Positions 61,763-64,000 of a stretch of DNA of 64,000 nt are shown here, one piece after another. Position 1 is the stretch's first letter. Each line of letters opens with the position of its first letter. The notes under the pieces are model-generated. The model ran no database searches. It saw only the letters and a program-made list of their open reading frames with translations, and was not told where the DNA came from. Position numbers and translations under genes: made by a program. The stretch lies in assembly GCA_047284725.1 (NCBI GenBank), contig JBJBEO010000001.1:2136203-2200202 (forward strand), in the 5' to 3' direction. The DNA comes from Synechococcus sp. GTDB lineage: Bacteria > Cyanobacteriota > Cyanobacteriia > PCC-6307 > Cyanobiaceae.

Positions 61763-62398
61763 ATGACCACGGTGCCTCCCGCCACCCTCCGTCTCCAGCC
61801 CCACCCCAATGCCCAGGCGCGGCTGGTGCTGCTCCATGGCTGGGGTGCCGACGCTGATGATTTGCTGATGCTTGGTGACAGGCTGGCGCGAGACATACGC
61901 ACCCCGCTGGACCTGGTCTCCCTCCAGGCCCCTGAACGTCATCCCCAGGGCATCGGTCGCCAGTGGTATGGCCTGTTCCCGCCCGACTGGCAGGCTGTTC
62001 CCGCTGCTCAGCAGCAGCTGAAAAGCCGGCTGATGAAGTTAGCCGAAGACGGCATTCCTCTCCAATCAACCGTGGTGCTTGGCTTTTCCCAAGGAGCAGC
62101 CATGGCTCTGGCCAGCGGTTGCGACCTTCCCCTCGCCGGCTTGATTGCCTGCAGTGGTTACCCCCATCCGGGCTGGACAGCACCGGCAACAAGACCACCG
62201 GTGCTGTTGATCCACGGCCAGCAAGACGACGTGGTGCCCAGCAGCGCATCCGATGAACTGCGCCGACGTCTTGAGGATGGCAAGAACCCCGTCCATCTGG
62301 ACCAGTTTGCCGGTGGCCACACCATCCCGGACGTCATCGTTCCAAGCATCAAAAAAGCTCTCTATCTCTGGCTGGGTTCAACCAGAGACGAAAGCTGA
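61763..62398 (+). CDS. Alpha/beta hydrolase (phospholipase/carboxylesterase)
   Basis: LHGWGA, nucleophile elbow GFSQG, HG..D.VV and GGH. Confidence 0.9.
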   Translation: MTTVPPATLRLQPHPNAQARLVLLHGWGADADDLLMLGDRLARDIRTPLDLVSLQAPERHPQGIGRQWYGLFPPDWQAVPAAQQQLKSRLMKLAEDGIPLQSTVVLGFSQGAAMALASGCDLPLAGLIACSGYPHPGWTAPATRPPVLLIHGQQDDVVPSSASDELRRRLEDGKNPVHLDQFAGGHTIPDVIVPSIKKALYLWLGSTRDES

Positions 62399-62429
62399 AT
62401 GAAGACGAGTGCCCTCGATCGTTGTGCGA

Positions 62430-62798
62430 TCAAACAAAGGCGTATTCGTACTCCTCCATTTCTTCCCAGTCGTCGGAGGCGAGCTCGAGGCCTTCGAACA
62501 TCACCTCTTCGCCGACCTTGTCGACAATGGCGCGGAGGGAGGGAAAAAGGAAATGGTTTTCTTCAGCGTATTGGGCACTGAACAGACCCTTTTCACCCCA
62601 GAAGAAATGATCAGTGGTGTGCTCGTTGCGACGTACGCGCAAAAGAGCAGGTGGGGTGATGCATCCCTCAGCGATGTAACGTCGAGCGGCAGTGACGGGC
62701 TTGTGCTCTCCGGTTTCCAGGTGAAACGTCTGGACGTGGGCGAGAACGCGCTGGCCGGCAAGCCGACGGCGGCTGATCCGCTTACGCTTTTTAGACAT
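62430..62798 (-). CDS. DUF3155-like conserved cyanobacterial protein
   Basis: KPVTAARRYI and RRNEHTTD.FFWGEKGLFSAQYAEENHFLFPSLR motifs. Confidence 0.88.
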   Translation of the reverse strand: MSKKRKRISRRRLAGQRVLAHVQTFHLETGEHKPVTAARRYIAEGCITPPALLRVRRNEHTTDHFFWGEKGLFSAQYAEENHFLFPSLRAIVDKVGEEVMFEGLELASDDWEEMEEYEYAFV

Positions 62799-63146
62799 AA
62801 AAAAGTTGCCTTTCAAGTGAAGGGCAAATAGAAGGGCAGGTTGGACATCACTGTCCGGACTTCAGCACGACCAAAGTGTTCAGGAACGCCTGAATCGTTT
62901 GGAAAGCGAACCATCGACAGCTCGACAGAAGCCGAACTCTTCAACAGCGATTGCGATCAACCTCTGCTGTAGCCTTGATGGAGCAAAAAGTGCAACCCAA
63001 GGGAATTGACGATGTCGCCAAATCACCGCTTAGGGGCGAGTGGCTTGATGTCGTTCATCACATCTTAAGACTTTTTCCCAATTTTTCAAGCCCCGGGGAT
63101 CGCGTCACCTCTCCTCGTCTGTATCAAAAGGCACTCCTCTCAGGCC

Positions 63147-64000
63147 ATGCAGCTGTCGGATCCCTTCCTGCAACTGGCGCAACAACAGCTTCACAGCCTT
63201 GGCGGAACAGGTGTTCTGCAACACCTGGTGCTCTACATCGCCCAAGGGGATCAGGGGGCGTCCACCAGCCTGGTGATGGTGGAGCAATGGCCGGAGGCCT
63301 TCGCCCCTCTGCCCCCTGCCGAAGCCGATCCATCGCTACGTACCCCCGTCTCTGAACGGCGCTGGTACCCCCTGCAACATGACACGTTGCTGTTGGGTGC
63401 CCTGCGCGCGGAAACCCACAGCGATGCGGACTGGAGCGACGATCTGGATCAACGTCTCCATGTCACTGCAGGGGCGTTGGCGACCTGCCTCAGCCTTGAC
63501 CTTGAACGCAGCCGCCTGCACGAGCAGCTTGTCCAACAACAACAGCAGATCAACCTGATGGTGCATCAGCTGCGCAACCCTCTGGCGGCTCTGCGCACCT
63601 ATGCCCAGCTGCTGCTGCGACGGCTCGGCCCCGACAGCAACCACCGTGAGCTGGTGGAAAACCTGCTGCAAGAACAAGGACAACTCAATCGCTATATCGC
63701 AGCTCTCGACAGAATCGGGCACGCCGAGGCCCAGCTCGGCAGCCGTGGAGCCTCTCCATTGCTGCTGCCCCCCGTCCTCCCCGACCAACCCCAGCTGAGC
63801 TTCGCCAAGCTGCTGAAACCACTGGTGGAGCGAGCCAACGCAACCGCTGCTCTGCAGGGACGAACCTGGCATGGACCCACCACCTGGCCCACGTGGATGC
63901 AGGAACCACGCCCTGCCGGCGATGGCGTCATCGCTGAAATCCTTGCCAACCTGATGGAGAACGCGTTTCGCTACAGCCCCTCAGGTTCACCTCTCGGCCT
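63147..64000 (+). CDS. Sensor histidine kinase (Hik2/CSK-like), partial; runs off the window end
   Basis: Manual translation from ATG 63147 (MQLSDPFLQLAQQQL...), H-box HQLRNPLAALRTYAQLL, N-box EILANLMENAFRYS. Confidence 0.88.
   Translation, partial: MQLSDPFLQLAQQQLHSLGGTGVLQHLVLYIAQGDQGASTSLVMVEQWPEAFAPLPPAEADPSLRTPVSERRWYPLQHDTLLLGALRAETHSDADWSDDLDQRLHVTAGALATCLSLDLERSRLHEQLVQQQQQINLMVHQLRNPLAALRTYAQLLLRRLGPDSNHRELVENLLQEQGQLNRYIAALDRIGHAEAQLGSRGASPLLLPPVLPDQPQLSFAKLLKPLVERANATAALQGRTWHGPTTWPTWMQEPRPAGDGVIAEILANLMENAFRYSPSGSPLG

Noticed and set aside
1..64000. HIP1 (GCGATCGC) enrichment
   Set aside because: CGATCG is common and some full octamers occur, but I cannot establish over-representation without counting against a composition model.

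Overview
A GC-rich, gene-dense stretch of mostly core genome from a marine or coastal picocyanobacterium. Gene content and order fit Synechococcus: psbO, psbH/psbN/psbI, ndhP, crtR, ntcA, ictB, amt1. About 70 CDSs are present, mainly housekeeping (aroC, eda, ftsH, sat, coaBC, pyrB, gatC, ileS, trmB, glmM, thyX, dcd, rph, pth, tatA, leuCD, glyA, murJ, ispH, purH), plus three tRNAs: Ala-CGC, Leu-TAG and Arg-ACG. I read five genes directly from the DNA that the ORF track misses: three small ones (ndhP, psbI and a stand-alone PCP_red-like protein) and two truncated by the window edges. I saw no integrase, transposase, CRISPR array or defence system. The best lead is an LptD-like (DUF3769-type) protein whose N-terminal region appears interrupted by a Cys-flanked, PagL-like small beta-barrel carrying an H-x-S motif. 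Other leads: an NrdR-like box before a P-loop-degenerate CobO/BtuR homologue coupled to dcd; a histone-like Lys/Ala-tailed protein; several structured intergenic RNA candidates; and NtcA boxes at ntcA and amt1. All family assignments come from recognising motifs by eye; no database searches were run.
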